From positions 1 to 64,000 of IMG/VR virus record IMGVR_UViG_3300044994_000320: a stretch of DNA of 64,000 nt. One strand, written 5' to 3'. A program made the translations under genes and the position numbers. Under the pieces are notes generated by a model. That model did no database searches and had not been told where the DNA came from. It saw nothing but the letters and a program-made list of their open reading frames with translations. The DNA is from a virus. Positions 56,087 to 64,000 of this stretch are shown one piece after another; the stretch's first letter is position 1, and each line of letters opens with the position of its first letter.

Positions 56087-56830
56087 ATGACCAGCATTGT
56101 AACAGCCCTTTTAGGGTCTACTGCGCAAAAGAATTTCAAAGGATTTTTGTTTAGTTATGATAACATCCCCCCACTGTTCGTTAAATTTGGATGGAACCCT
56201 GAAACCTATACGGATGATTGGCAGTCAGAATTTGCGGAGATAAAAACTCCTTTTTCCCGCGCGCCACGTTTAGTGTGGACTGGTAATTCCTCAAGAATCT
56301 TTACTTTCGGCCTACGTGCCGACCAAGATGCGCCTACATCTTGTTGGGATGGGTTTCTCAAGAGACAACAAGCTCTCGAAGCGGCAAAAGCAACTGGTAA
56401 AACAGGCGAACAACTTCGCGCAGAAACTATCGCAAAAACTTCGGAGGTAAAAAGCGAAGAAGACGCTTCTATTGGCCCGGAAGGTATTGAAGTCTTAATT
56501 TCGGCCATGGAGCAGCTCAAGTTACCAAAAAGCCCGCTTATCACCGGCGCTTTAAGCTTGGCTGGCAGCTTCGGCCTCCTAAAAGGCGGCGCCGGTGCGT
56601 CAAACGCGGCACCACCGAGGGCAATTTTAGGTCTGGGATGGGGAAAGTTCGTCCAAGGCTACGTTCGCAAGTGCACGCCAAAAATTGAAAAGCTGAATAG
56701 CGCCATGCGTCCAACACGTGTGCAGTTTGAGATTGAGTTTGTTGTTGAGCCCGGTACTCTTCTTCAATATGTGGAAGACATGGCACGTATTGCAAACAAT
56801 TTTATCGGTCTGTCTAATTTTTGGAGCTAA
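56087..56830 (+). CDS. Tube-initiator / CIS tube-like baseplate protein
   Basis: F.WNPE and APPR..L.WG..P.R motifs. Confidence 0.7.
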   Translation: MTSIVTALLGSTAQKNFKGFLFSYDNIPPLFVKFGWNPETYTDDWQSEFAEIKTPFSRAPRLVWTGNSSRIFTFGLRADQDAPTSCWDGFLKRQQALEAAKATGKTGEQLRAETIAKTSEVKSEEDASIGPEGIEVLISAMEQLKLPKSPLITGALSLAGSFGLLKGGAGASNAAPPRAILGLGWGKFVQGYVRKCTPKIEKLNSAMRPTRVQFEIEFVVEPGTLLQYVEDMARIANNFIGLSNFWS

Positions 56831-56832
56831 CA

Positions 56833-57111
56833 ATGATTTTGTTTGACCAAAATACTTCTGTCGTATTCTTTGGAAACGACGTAGTTCGTATTCGTGAATT
56901 CCGTTCTCGCCTGAATTTGTCAGACGACCAAAAAGTGCATGTAACAATGCCACTAGAAAATTACAAGCGCCTTGATTTACAAGCCGCCGCGCTCTACGGT
57001 GATATATCCATGACCGACCTTCTTTTAGAATTTACTGATAAGCCATATTTCGAGTGGGGTGTTAATGAAGCTATTATTGCTGTCAGCCCTCAGTACGCTG
57101 TTATTTTTTAA
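56833..57111 (+). CDS. LysM-like baseplate wedge protein (gp53/tail X-like)
   Basis: RLDLQAAALYGD motif. Confidence 0.65.
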   Translation: MILFDQNTSVVFFGNDVVRIREFRSRLNLSDDQKVHVTMPLENYKRLDLQAAALYGDISMTDLLLEFTDKPYFEWGVNEAIIAVSPQYAVIF

Positions 57112-57115
57112 GTGT

Positions 57116-58900
57116 ATGAATCCTTCCGTAAGCAGCTTACTCGACAAAGTCCTTTACGATAAAAATTCCGCTTTCTACGACATCGAGTTCACAGACATCG
57201 ACGGTAATGAGCAACCATTCAGCACTTTCGTAGAACGTTTCTTTTCGAAAACTCTTCGAGATCGTGTTGAGAGCATCGAAATTACAGATCAGATTAACGG
57301 CCCAAACTCAGCCGTAATTGTTTTTTCCGGGCTTTCAAGAAATGAAGCAGATAGCCCTTTTTTCGATGAAATGAATTTGACTTATGTAAAAGTAAAAGTC
57401 GGATACTACTATACTGCAGCGCCTGTGCCAGCTTCACGACAATTATTTGAGGGTTTGCTGTACAATATCGAATGGGATTATCGCGAAACAGGTATCGTGG
57501 CAATTTGCCATTTCGTAGAGAAACTTTACGATGTTTTTGATCAACCTTTTAGCGAATTTGCGAGTCTCGTTTCTGACAAAGAAACAAAAAATCAATCTGT
57601 TACTGTTGTTGAATTTCTTACGCGCGTGGCTAAAAAAGAGAATTTCAATTTCGTTTCGTATGTCGTGGATAATGAAAATCAGCCCGTGAAGTCTTTTTAT
57701 GAGGCGCCGTATAAGCCATCTATGTCTGCAAAAGCTACGCTCATGGATTACATAAAAGACGTTGTTAAGAGGTATCATACCGGTTATTTAGTTAAAGAGA
57801 ACTTTTTGTATATCGGTCACCCAGATACTCCTATTGACGCTTCAAAAGTTTTTGTGTACGGGGTTAATCAAGATTTTTCAGTAGGTGGAGTCAGCTTACC
57901 TATTCCACTTGGGCCCCCAACTTCCGGGTTAAATAAGGAAAACGAAGAATTAAGCCCTAATGAAAAAAAGCGCCTCGCAGCTTTTGTAGAAGACCATTTT
58001 GAAAAGATACAGATTCAGTACAGAGACCCAAAAGACGTGTATAGAAATAACTTTGTGGCTATTGTTGGAGAAGACAACGGCTTTCCCGTTCTCAAAAAAA
58101 TCAGCCAACTAGCAAAAGATGCGACGTTCTCTCAGAAAGCAATAAAAAAAGGATTAAAGAAAGAAGCCAAGAAAAGGCTAAAAGGCGAATCTAAGTCTTC
58201 TTTTTTTGTCGAGACTCCTGGTGTTAGCGTAGGCAAAAAAGGAGTTACACGTGCGCAGTTAAAAAAAGCCCACGCAGAAAAAGGTAAAAAAATTGAAGCG
58301 GCCCAAGAGTCGGTCGACTCTTATGTTCTGCATAATCCTACGCAGGTCTCTGGAACGGTAAAAGATGCGCAAGAAAAAGCGCTTCTCGATATCAGGAAAA
58401 AAATGCTCCAGCAGCTTGTATGTATAGTTACCGGTTGTCCAGGCGATAACGCCTTCGGAACTCCGTTTGCGTTTACCGTTTTAGGGTTGGCTAAAATCCA
58501 TCAGGGAAAATACAGTGCAGTAAAAGTCGTACATCGCATTGATACCTCTCAAGGGTACTCTATGGATATTCACGGAGTAAAATTTAGGCATTTCGCGGTA
58601 GATGCGGTCATAGACAAAGCCCTGCCTCCAAAGCCTACGGCTCCTCCAGGCCCTAAGCCAAAAGAAAGATACGTCTATCGAATTAAAAGATTCAATGGTC
58701 ATGTCATTTCTCACCACAAGGTAGAGTCCAAGGCTGTATCTGACGCAAAGCACCGTCTACTTAAAGCCGAACTCAACCTTGATGACGCTTTTCAGTTTGA
58801 GGAGATATACAAAGAAGATCTTGCCACAGTTCGTGGAGAGGGCCACCAAACCCCACAGTTCGAGACAGTCCCAGCGGGGACACCTAGAACCCCATTTTAG
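57116..58900 (+). CDS. Baseplate hub protein (gpD/gp27-like)
   Basis: VKVGY..LFEG and G.Y...KV.H.I....GY motifs; position. Confidence 0.7.
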   Translation: MNPSVSSLLDKVLYDKNSAFYDIEFTDIDGNEQPFSTFVERFFSKTLRDRVESIEITDQINGPNSAVIVFSGLSRNEADSPFFDEMNLTYVKVKVGYYYTAAPVPASRQLFEGLLYNIEWDYRETGIVAICHFVEKLYDVFDQPFSEFASLVSDKETKNQSVTVVEFLTRVAKKENFNFVSYVVDNENQPVKSFYEAPYKPSMSAKATLMDYIKDVVKRYHTGYLVKENFLYIGHPDTPIDASKVFVYGVNQDFSVGGVSLPIPLGPPTSGLNKENEELSPNEKKRLAAFVEDHFEKIQIQYRDPKDVYRNNFVAIVGEDNGFPVLKKISQLAKDATFSQKAIKKGLKKEAKKRLKGESKSSFFVETPGVSVGKKGVTRAQLKKAHAEKGKKIEAAQESVDSYVLHNPTQVSGTVKDAQEKALLDIRKKMLQQLVCIVTGCPGDNAFGTPFAFTVLGLAKIHQGKYSAVKVVHRIDTSQGYSMDIHGVKFRHFAVDAVIDKALPPKPTAPPGPKPKERYVYRIKRFNGHVISHHKVESKAVSDAKHRLLKAELNLDDAFQFEEIYKEDLATVRGEGHQTPQFETVPAGTPRTPF

Positions 58901-58901
58901 T

Positions 58902-59852
58902 ATGAATCTGTTTCTCGGTAAATACAAGGCCACAGTATTCGATGTCATCGAAGGAGACGACGTTGGTGCAGGCTTCGCAAAAATTCGCGTAATCTGCCCA
59001 AAAGTTTATGGTATTGATTATGAAGGCAATTACGTCGTAAGTCCTCCGTGTCAGGCGTGTGTCCCTTCTCCTCACGATTACCACGTACCAGAGCCAGGTC
59101 AAAAGGTTTGGATAGAATTTGAAGAAGGCGATCCTGAATTTCCAATATGGGTAGGCTCTTACCCCTCTATCGACCAACAGCGTGTAGACGAGCCAAAAAA
59201 AGCAGGCGATAACCCACTTCTCATAGAAAAGAAAAAAGAAGGTCGCCCAAAATCTGTCGTAAATGATGAAGAGGTTCACGATAGAGTAATCGGTAGCCGT
59301 TTTGGAAGTTACTTAAAATTCGACGATACTAACGAGTTGCTTATTCTACAAGTTTTTGGCCCGACTGCCGATAAGCCAGATCAAGCAGGCCCTATTATCA
59401 TTCTTGACAATAAAAATAAGCAAGTGCAGTTAATGTCACCGAGCGGTAATTTAATCAATGTCACAAAAGACTCCATCTACATGACAGCGTCTGATGGCTC
59501 AAAAGGTGGGTATATTGGTCTAAAGCCGAATAAATTGGATATAATTGCCGGCTCCGTTGTAATGACTTGCGAAGATACGTTTCATCTAAGATCCGCTAAA
59601 TTGTTACTCGGCACAGGTACAGGTGGAGAGCCCGCCGTTTTAGGTAATAAGTTGCTGCAGCAGCTTTCAGACATGCTTAACCCGCTCAATACACTCGCAC
59701 AGCAGTTTCTTGTGCCACTCATAGGGCCTGCGTCGTATTCGCCCTCGGTTGCTCTGGCTGCGTCTACAGTAATAGCGCAAATTTCCGCTATGCAACTTTT
59801 ATTGACGCCGTTGACTTCTACTCTCGTGAGTAAGCAGGTTACGGTTTCATAA
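58902..59852 (+). CDS. Baseplate spike (gpV/gp5 OB-fold)
   Basis: VPEPGQKVWIEFEEGDPEFPIWVG; EPAVLG. Confidence 0.9.
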   Translation: MNLFLGKYKATVFDVIEGDDVGAGFAKIRVICPKVYGIDYEGNYVVSPPCQACVPSPHDYHVPEPGQKVWIEFEEGDPEFPIWVGSYPSIDQQRVDEPKKAGDNPLLIEKKKEGRPKSVVNDEEVHDRVIGSRFGSYLKFDDTNELLILQVFGPTADKPDQAGPIIILDNKNKQVQLMSPSGNLINVTKDSIYMTASDGSKGGYIGLKPNKLDIIAGSVVMTCEDTFHLRSAKLLLGTGTGGEPAVLGNKLLQQLSDMLNPLNTLAQQFLVPLIGPASYSPSVALAASTVIAQISAMQLLLTPLTSTLVSKQVTVS

Positions 59853-60293
59853 ATGCCATGTATTGTATGTAAGAGATTCCCGGAAGCAGAGCATTGTTTT
59901 GACTTCCCCGTAATTACGCCCCCAGTATTGCCTGAGTTACCAAGCCTGCCTGAACTTCCCGAGATCCCCTCGTTCAGTCTCGATTTAGGCAGTTTCAGCC
60001 TCGGTTTACCGGGAATTGGTGGTCCGTCCTTTACGTTGCCCACTGTATCGCTCCCTGTTATCACACCGCCTATTTTGCCTTCTCTACCTGAACTTCCTGA
60101 ACTCCCCGAAATTCCAGATTTCGGTCTCGATCTCGGAAGCTTCAATTTTGGGTTACCAGGAATAGGCGGTCCGAATTTCACTTTACCCGCCGCGTCTCTG
60201 CCCTCTATTGTTCCCCCGGTGCTGCCATCACTCCCAGAGATTCCCGCACCGCCCGAAATCCCTAGTTTCGACATTTTACCGTGCGAGGTGTAA
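59853..60293 (+). CDS. Pro/Leu-rich repeat protein in baseplate cluster
   Basis: About 2.5 copies of a 49-aa unit; N-terminal CxxC..HC. Confidence 0.6.
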   Translation: MPCIVCKRFPEAEHCFDFPVITPPVLPELPSLPELPEIPSFSLDLGSFSLGLPGIGGPSFTLPTVSLPVITPPILPSLPELPELPEIPDFGLDLGSFNFGLPGIGGPNFTLPAASLPSIVPPVLPSLPEIPAPPEIPSFDILPCEV

Positions 60294-60296
60294 CGA

Positions 60297-60662
60297 GTGA
60301 GTTTGAGCGTAGTGACACAATGGCAGATTAACGCTTCTGGTTCAATCTCTGTTGTTCAGGACACGCCTATCGACCTCGCTGGGGTGCGTGAGCAGGCTAA
60401 GATGCTTTTGCTTACCGATTTAGGCGAACTGGAAAACGAACCTACTTTCGGTACTCGTCTGAGCGAACTTGTTCATGCAGATCACAATTCTCAGACTTTG
60501 CAAGATTTGGTACGAATTATCGTGTCCGAGTCTTTGGCTCAATGGATGCCCTATGTTTTTCTGCGCTCAGTTTTAGTGCAAGAAAAAGAACAAGGAGAAA
60601 AAAAGGTAGTGCTCGGCCTCGGCATCTTAGGCACAAGCCAGACTTTTCAGGTTGAGGTTTAA
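60297..60662 (+). CDS. Baseplate wedge gpW/gp25-like
   Basis: LLLTDLGE...PTFGTRL..WMP motif. Confidence 0.9.
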   Translation: MSLSVVTQWQINASGSISVVQDTPIDLAGVREQAKMLLLTDLGELENEPTFGTRLSELVHADHNSQTLQDLVRIIVSESLAQWMPYVFLRSVLVQEKEQGEKKVVLGLGILGTSQTFQVEV

Positions 60663-60664
60663 TT

Positions 60665-62077
60665 ATGCCAAAGTTTGATATAGACTACACCGCGCTTGAT
60701 TACGATTCGCTACTCGCGTTTCTTGATGATTCCGCAAAAAAATTGATTCCAGAATGGACTAATAGGTCTCCCACGGATGTAAACTGGGCTTTGTTGCAGC
60801 TTGTAGCGGGTATCGTAGAGATTGCGAACTTTTATACCAATTTTGCGTACAACGAAAGCGTTCCATCTACTGTGCGCACGCGCTCCGGCTTTTACCGTCT
60901 TGCAAAATCTCGTGGCTTTTTCCCAAAGTTACGCCAAAGCGCTGTGCTGACTATGCAAGTAGAAAGAAGTGATGACACTGACCCCTATACTGTTCTTGAA
61001 GGTAGTAAAGTTACGGCTATTGACGGCAGGGAATACTTTGTTTTAGATAGAGTTACCTACGGTGCTGGCGAAGCCCTAAAAGAGATCGTAGCATTTTATG
61101 GACAATTTTTGCGCGTGGATATTGCTACTCCATCAGATGGTTCTGCATGGCAAGAATTTCGGGTCGCTCAAGACAGGATCATTACAGGAACTCTTCGCGT
61201 GTGGGTAGACTCTGGTTCAGGCTACGAGTGGTGGAAACCTGTAGATTCTTTAGCTCTTTCGTCCGCTACAGACAAAGAAGTCATGTATCAGATCGAAGAA
61301 GACGGCACAGTCTCTTTTCTTTTCGGTGATGGTGTAAACGGAGCAATCCCCCCATTAAATGCTAACATTCGCTATACTGTTGGTATCCAGCCAGCGCAAT
61401 CCGAAGAAGAAGACTACGGCAATATAGGTGAAAACAGTATTGCCAGCATCGATGGCCTTCCCACGTCGTTTATTGTTCACCCGGCAGCAACAGCTGGAGC
61501 AAGCCCTCCCACCCTATCTGATCTTGTCCGCGACTTAGCTCTTTTTGAATCCAGCTCCCAGCGGGCCGTGTCTTTGCGAGATTACGAATTTTTAGCGCGC
61601 CAGGTAAACGGCGTAAATTTTGCTAAAGCGGAAGTTGGTGGGCTAAATCTTACATTGCTGTATTGCTTTGACATTGCTGGAAATGCTCCGCCGCTTTATA
61701 CGCGTCAGGCTGTTGAGGCATACGTTGGAAAGCGTCTTATTGAGGGCAAGCTTGTGAATGTCCGCATCCCAAGTGATTTGCCTGTCAACCTCGGCGTAGA
61801 GTTTAAGCTTAATGCCAATGTTTCGCGCGATACCGCACAGACACTCTTAAACTCGCGCATTACTGCGCTATTTAAGTACCTGCGTTCAAATTTCGTTAAA
61901 GACGTAGAAATTATGACCGTATATGCTTTCTTTTACCAGACACTCTCTCAGTACGGGCGCATTACGATAACGGAACTTAACAACGGCTCTTTTTTCGGCG
62001 CAAATAATTTTAGTCTGCAGCCATCACAAATTGTTTCTCAAGGCACTGTCAGCACAAGTCTTATAGGCGGTGTGTAG
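60665..62077 (+). CDS. Baseplate J-like protein
   Basis: IDYT..DY, PEWTN.S..D, FGDGVNGAIP, RAVSLRDYE motifs. Confidence 0.92.
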   Translation: MPKFDIDYTALDYDSLLAFLDDSAKKLIPEWTNRSPTDVNWALLQLVAGIVEIANFYTNFAYNESVPSTVRTRSGFYRLAKSRGFFPKLRQSAVLTMQVERSDDTDPYTVLEGSKVTAIDGREYFVLDRVTYGAGEALKEIVAFYGQFLRVDIATPSDGSAWQEFRVAQDRIITGTLRVWVDSGSGYEWWKPVDSLALSSATDKEVMYQIEEDGTVSFLFGDGVNGAIPPLNANIRYTVGIQPAQSEEEDYGNIGENSIASIDGLPTSFIVHPAATAGASPPTLSDLVRDLALFESSSQRAVSLRDYEFLARQVNGVNFAKAEVGGLNLTLLYCFDIAGNAPPLYTRQAVEAYVGKRLIEGKLVNVRIPSDLPVNLGVEFKLNANVSRDTAQTLLNSRITALFKYLRSNFVKDVEIMTVYAFFYQTLSQYGRITITELNNGSFFGANNFSLQPSQIVSQGTVSTSLIGGV

Positions 62078-63449
62078 CGTGATTACAGCAAGAATACGCA
62101 ATTTTCCGGCACCTGCTTTTGAAGGGGCCCACGTTCTCGGCTATTTGGTCGATGAAGACCAGATAGACTACTCGTCTTTTGCCGCGTTTCACGCTTCTTT
62201 GCTTTTAGCTATCGTCGACTTTTTTGAAGGCAATCTAATCAACAACGGCGTTGGCAACGGTTTAGAGGTAGCGATTCCACTGAAGTTCAATGACTATGGT
62301 CCGGGCAATTTTAGAGTGCTCTGTTTTATCGATTTGAATTACACTTGGAGTTTTGAAATAGGTTATCCGTATTTTTGGGGGCCGGTGTTCCCTGTCGCTG
62401 ATCCAAATGTCGCAAAAAATTTAGTCTATAATGCATCTCCTACTTTTTTGTGGGATGACTGGCCAGACCCTTCTTTGTATCGTTTCTTGTATGTTCACGC
62501 AGAAAACGGCCTTCTTTGCAAATTCGACACCCCTGTTGAGTACAAGGTTGTCGCTCAAGGAGGAGATTGGAATTCTCCCTCGATTTTCAGTGGTGTAGCC
62601 GGTTGGTGGGGTTTGGAGAATACTGTCCAAACTTTTCTTGATTTTGCTATCGGTTCTTTTGCTCCAGGATTATACACACTGATAATTCGCAATGAAATAA
62701 GCCAGAACTCTGTGTTTGATTTTGGCGATACGTATTTTGCCGCAGATTTTGAAATTGTTTCTTCGGATGTGTACCTAAATATCGCCACTCTAGATTGGTC
62801 TATCTACGCCCCACCAAATGCTTTTTACTCTGGTTGGGGTCTTTATGATTTATGGGAAAAAGTCCCTCAAAAAATTCGCGCAAGAGACAAGAACACTCCG
62901 CAGATAAAAGTTAATGGTGAAGATAGAGGCCAGTTTGAGCGTTTTGTTATGTCTATATCCCACGTTTTAGGAAAGGTTATCGGCAATGTTATTAAGGCGC
63001 AGAAGTCGCGAAATTTCGACGATACGTTTTCTGACTTTCTGATTAAAGACCTTGCATCAAAGTTGTTCCCTTTCGATACTACTTATTCGCCTGAAAGAAA
63101 ACGGATCATTTATTTTGATTCTGTCGGTATGAATAAACACTCTGGAGTTTTTCACGTTTTGCGCGCCTTGTCCGTCAGATTTTTTGGATGGGAAATTGCC
63201 AGCAAAAAAAGTTTCGCCGATTTAGTCTTTTTTTGGAATGAAAATAATTCACGGTTTATAGACGAGTCTAGCTATTTCGATTCCTCAAAGAAGTTCTTTG
63301 ACCCCTCAATACACTCCCCCCTTAATAAGATCACCTATATCATAGATACTCAAGGTGATCCCGACTTCTTAGACAAAAAAGAACGTTACGAATCCTTTAT
63401 CAAACAGTACACGGTTTCTGATTTTATAGTGGAATTTGAGTACCTGTAG
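62070..63449 (+). CDS. Baseplate wedge protein (tail protein I-like C-terminus)
   Basis: Follows baseplate J; LWEKVP..IR..D..FERF..GW motifs. Confidence 0.6.
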   Translation: MCSVITARIRNFPAPAFEGAHVLGYLVDEDQIDYSSFAAFHASLLLAIVDFFEGNLINNGVGNGLEVAIPLKFNDYGPGNFRVLCFIDLNYTWSFEIGYPYFWGPVFPVADPNVAKNLVYNASPTFLWDDWPDPSLYRFLYVHAENGLLCKFDTPVEYKVVAQGGDWNSPSIFSGVAGWWGLENTVQTFLDFAIGSFAPGLYTLIIRNEISQNSVFDFGDTYFAADFEIVSSDVYLNIATLDWSIYAPPNAFYSGWGLYDLWEKVPQKIRARDKNTPQIKVNGEDRGQFERFVMSISHVLGKVIGNVIKAQKSRNFDDTFSDFLIKDLASKLFPFDTTYSPERKRIIYFDSVGMNKHSGVFHVLRALSVRFFGWEIASKKSFADLVFFWNENNSRFIDESSYFDSSKKFFDPSIHSPLNKITYIIDTQGDPDFLDKKERYESFIKQYTVSDFIVEFEYL

Positions 63450-63455
63450 CTACTT

Positions 63456-63505
63456 TAACAAAAATAACAAAAATAACTTTACAACCTATCTACACTCTCT
63501 ACTCT
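63456..63505 (+). promoter_or_regulatory. sigma70-like promoter with A-tract UP element
   Basis: AAAAATAAC x2, TTTACA (63478-63483), 16-bp spacer, TACTCT (63500-63505); homolog of 7477-7532. Confidence 0.65.
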
Positions 63506-63533
63506 TCCCTAACCAAAACCCAAGGAGAAGATT

Positions 63534-63803
63534 ATGCTTGAAAAGCAATTTTTGTCTTCTTCCGATCCAAGTAAGTTTTACACGGCAAAGATTTTCGATG
63601 ATGGTACACAACATTGTACATGCAGCGGATTTTCTTTCCGAAAAACTTGTAAGCACACGGAAGAATTGAAAAAAACAGCCCAACCTAAAAAAGATGAAAA
63701 GGTTGAAGAACAGGCCAAGTACCTTTTTCAGAAAGTGATAAACCACTCAAAAAAGATAATCCTAAAAAAGTTGGAGGACCCGCGTGTTAGAAAAAGCGCT
63801 TAA
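63534..63803 (+). CDS. SWIM zinc-finger protein
   Basis: CTCSGFSFRKTCKH (CxC..CxH); AAGGAG RBS. Confidence 0.85.
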   Translation: MLEKQFLSSSDPSKFYTAKIFDDGTQHCTCSGFSFRKTCKHTEELKKTAQPKKDEKVEEQAKYLFQKVINHSKKIILKKLEDPRVRKSA

Positions 63804-64000
63804 AAATCGATCACTTTTGTATCAAGGATGCTTAGGAAAGATTGAACCGTCGAGAGGAGGATTTGCCGAGTTTTTTTCTGAGTACTCACAAGTTCTGCTT
63901 GAAGAAAAATTCGACGGTCAGTGGGGTGCACTAGAGATTTTGCCCAACACAAAAAAAGCGAAGGTCACGTCTAGAAATGGGTTAGAAAAAAACCCAGAAG
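63784..64000 (+). CDS. 3'-truncated ATP-dependent (DNA) ligase-like nucleotidyltransferase
   Basis: GGAGG RBS + GTG; LLEEKFDG (motif I KxDG) and VTSRNG (motif Ia). Confidence 0.75.
   Translation, partial: MLEKALKNRSLLYQGCLGKIEPSRGGFAEFFSEYSQVLLEEKFDGQWGALEILPNTKKAKVTSRNGLEKNPE

Larger units (their letters stand above)
1..64000 (+). mobile_element. Segment of a tailed bacteriophage genome with contractile tail (myovirus morphotype)
   Basis: Terminase, portal, capsid, sheath, tube, tape measure and baseplate genes; dense co-oriented small ORFs; no host housekeeping genes or integrase seen. Confidence 0.97.

Noticed and set aside
59582-60274. Minus-strand 230-aa Gly-rich ORF
   Set aside because: Antisense shadow of the Pro-rich repeat gene
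1-64000. Prophage boundaries, integrase or host assignment
   Set aside because: No integrase, att site or host genes visible; sequence alone does not support a host call

Overview
The window is a contiguous 64-kb segment of a tailed bacteriophage with a contractile (myovirus-type) tail. Essentially all credible genes lie on the + strand, and both edges cut through genes. Left to right: (1) 1-7372, a putative DNA-hypermodification cluster: a PIG-L deacetylase/NodS-like methyltransferase fusion, three paralogous GT-B glycosyltransferases, one GT-A glycosyltransferase, a DpdA/TGT-like base-exchange enzyme with an extra Cys4 domain, and a two-domain QueD. (2) 7386-7556, a G-free C-rich repeat array plus sigma70-like promoter. 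It is followed by about 16 kb of small early/accessory genes punctuated by four structurally conserved RNA hairpins; these genes include a STAS anti-anti-sigma, a WGR-domain protein, a PD-(D/E)xK nuclease, and Nmad5-like and NDT-like proteins. (3) Terminase, portal, scaffold and major capsid. (4) Fibre-like genes and a lysis cassette (M23 peptidase, holin-like proteins, patatin, spanin candidates) inserted before the neck genes. (5) Sheath, tube, a chaperone with a -1 frameshift, tape measure and baseplate. (6) A second G-free promoter driving a SWIM protein and a truncated ATP-dependent ligase. The most interesting candidate system is a glycosylated 7-deazaguanine DNA modification pathway, possibly linked to the G-free promoters. 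All family calls come from motif recognition by eye, not database searches. The host cannot be identified.
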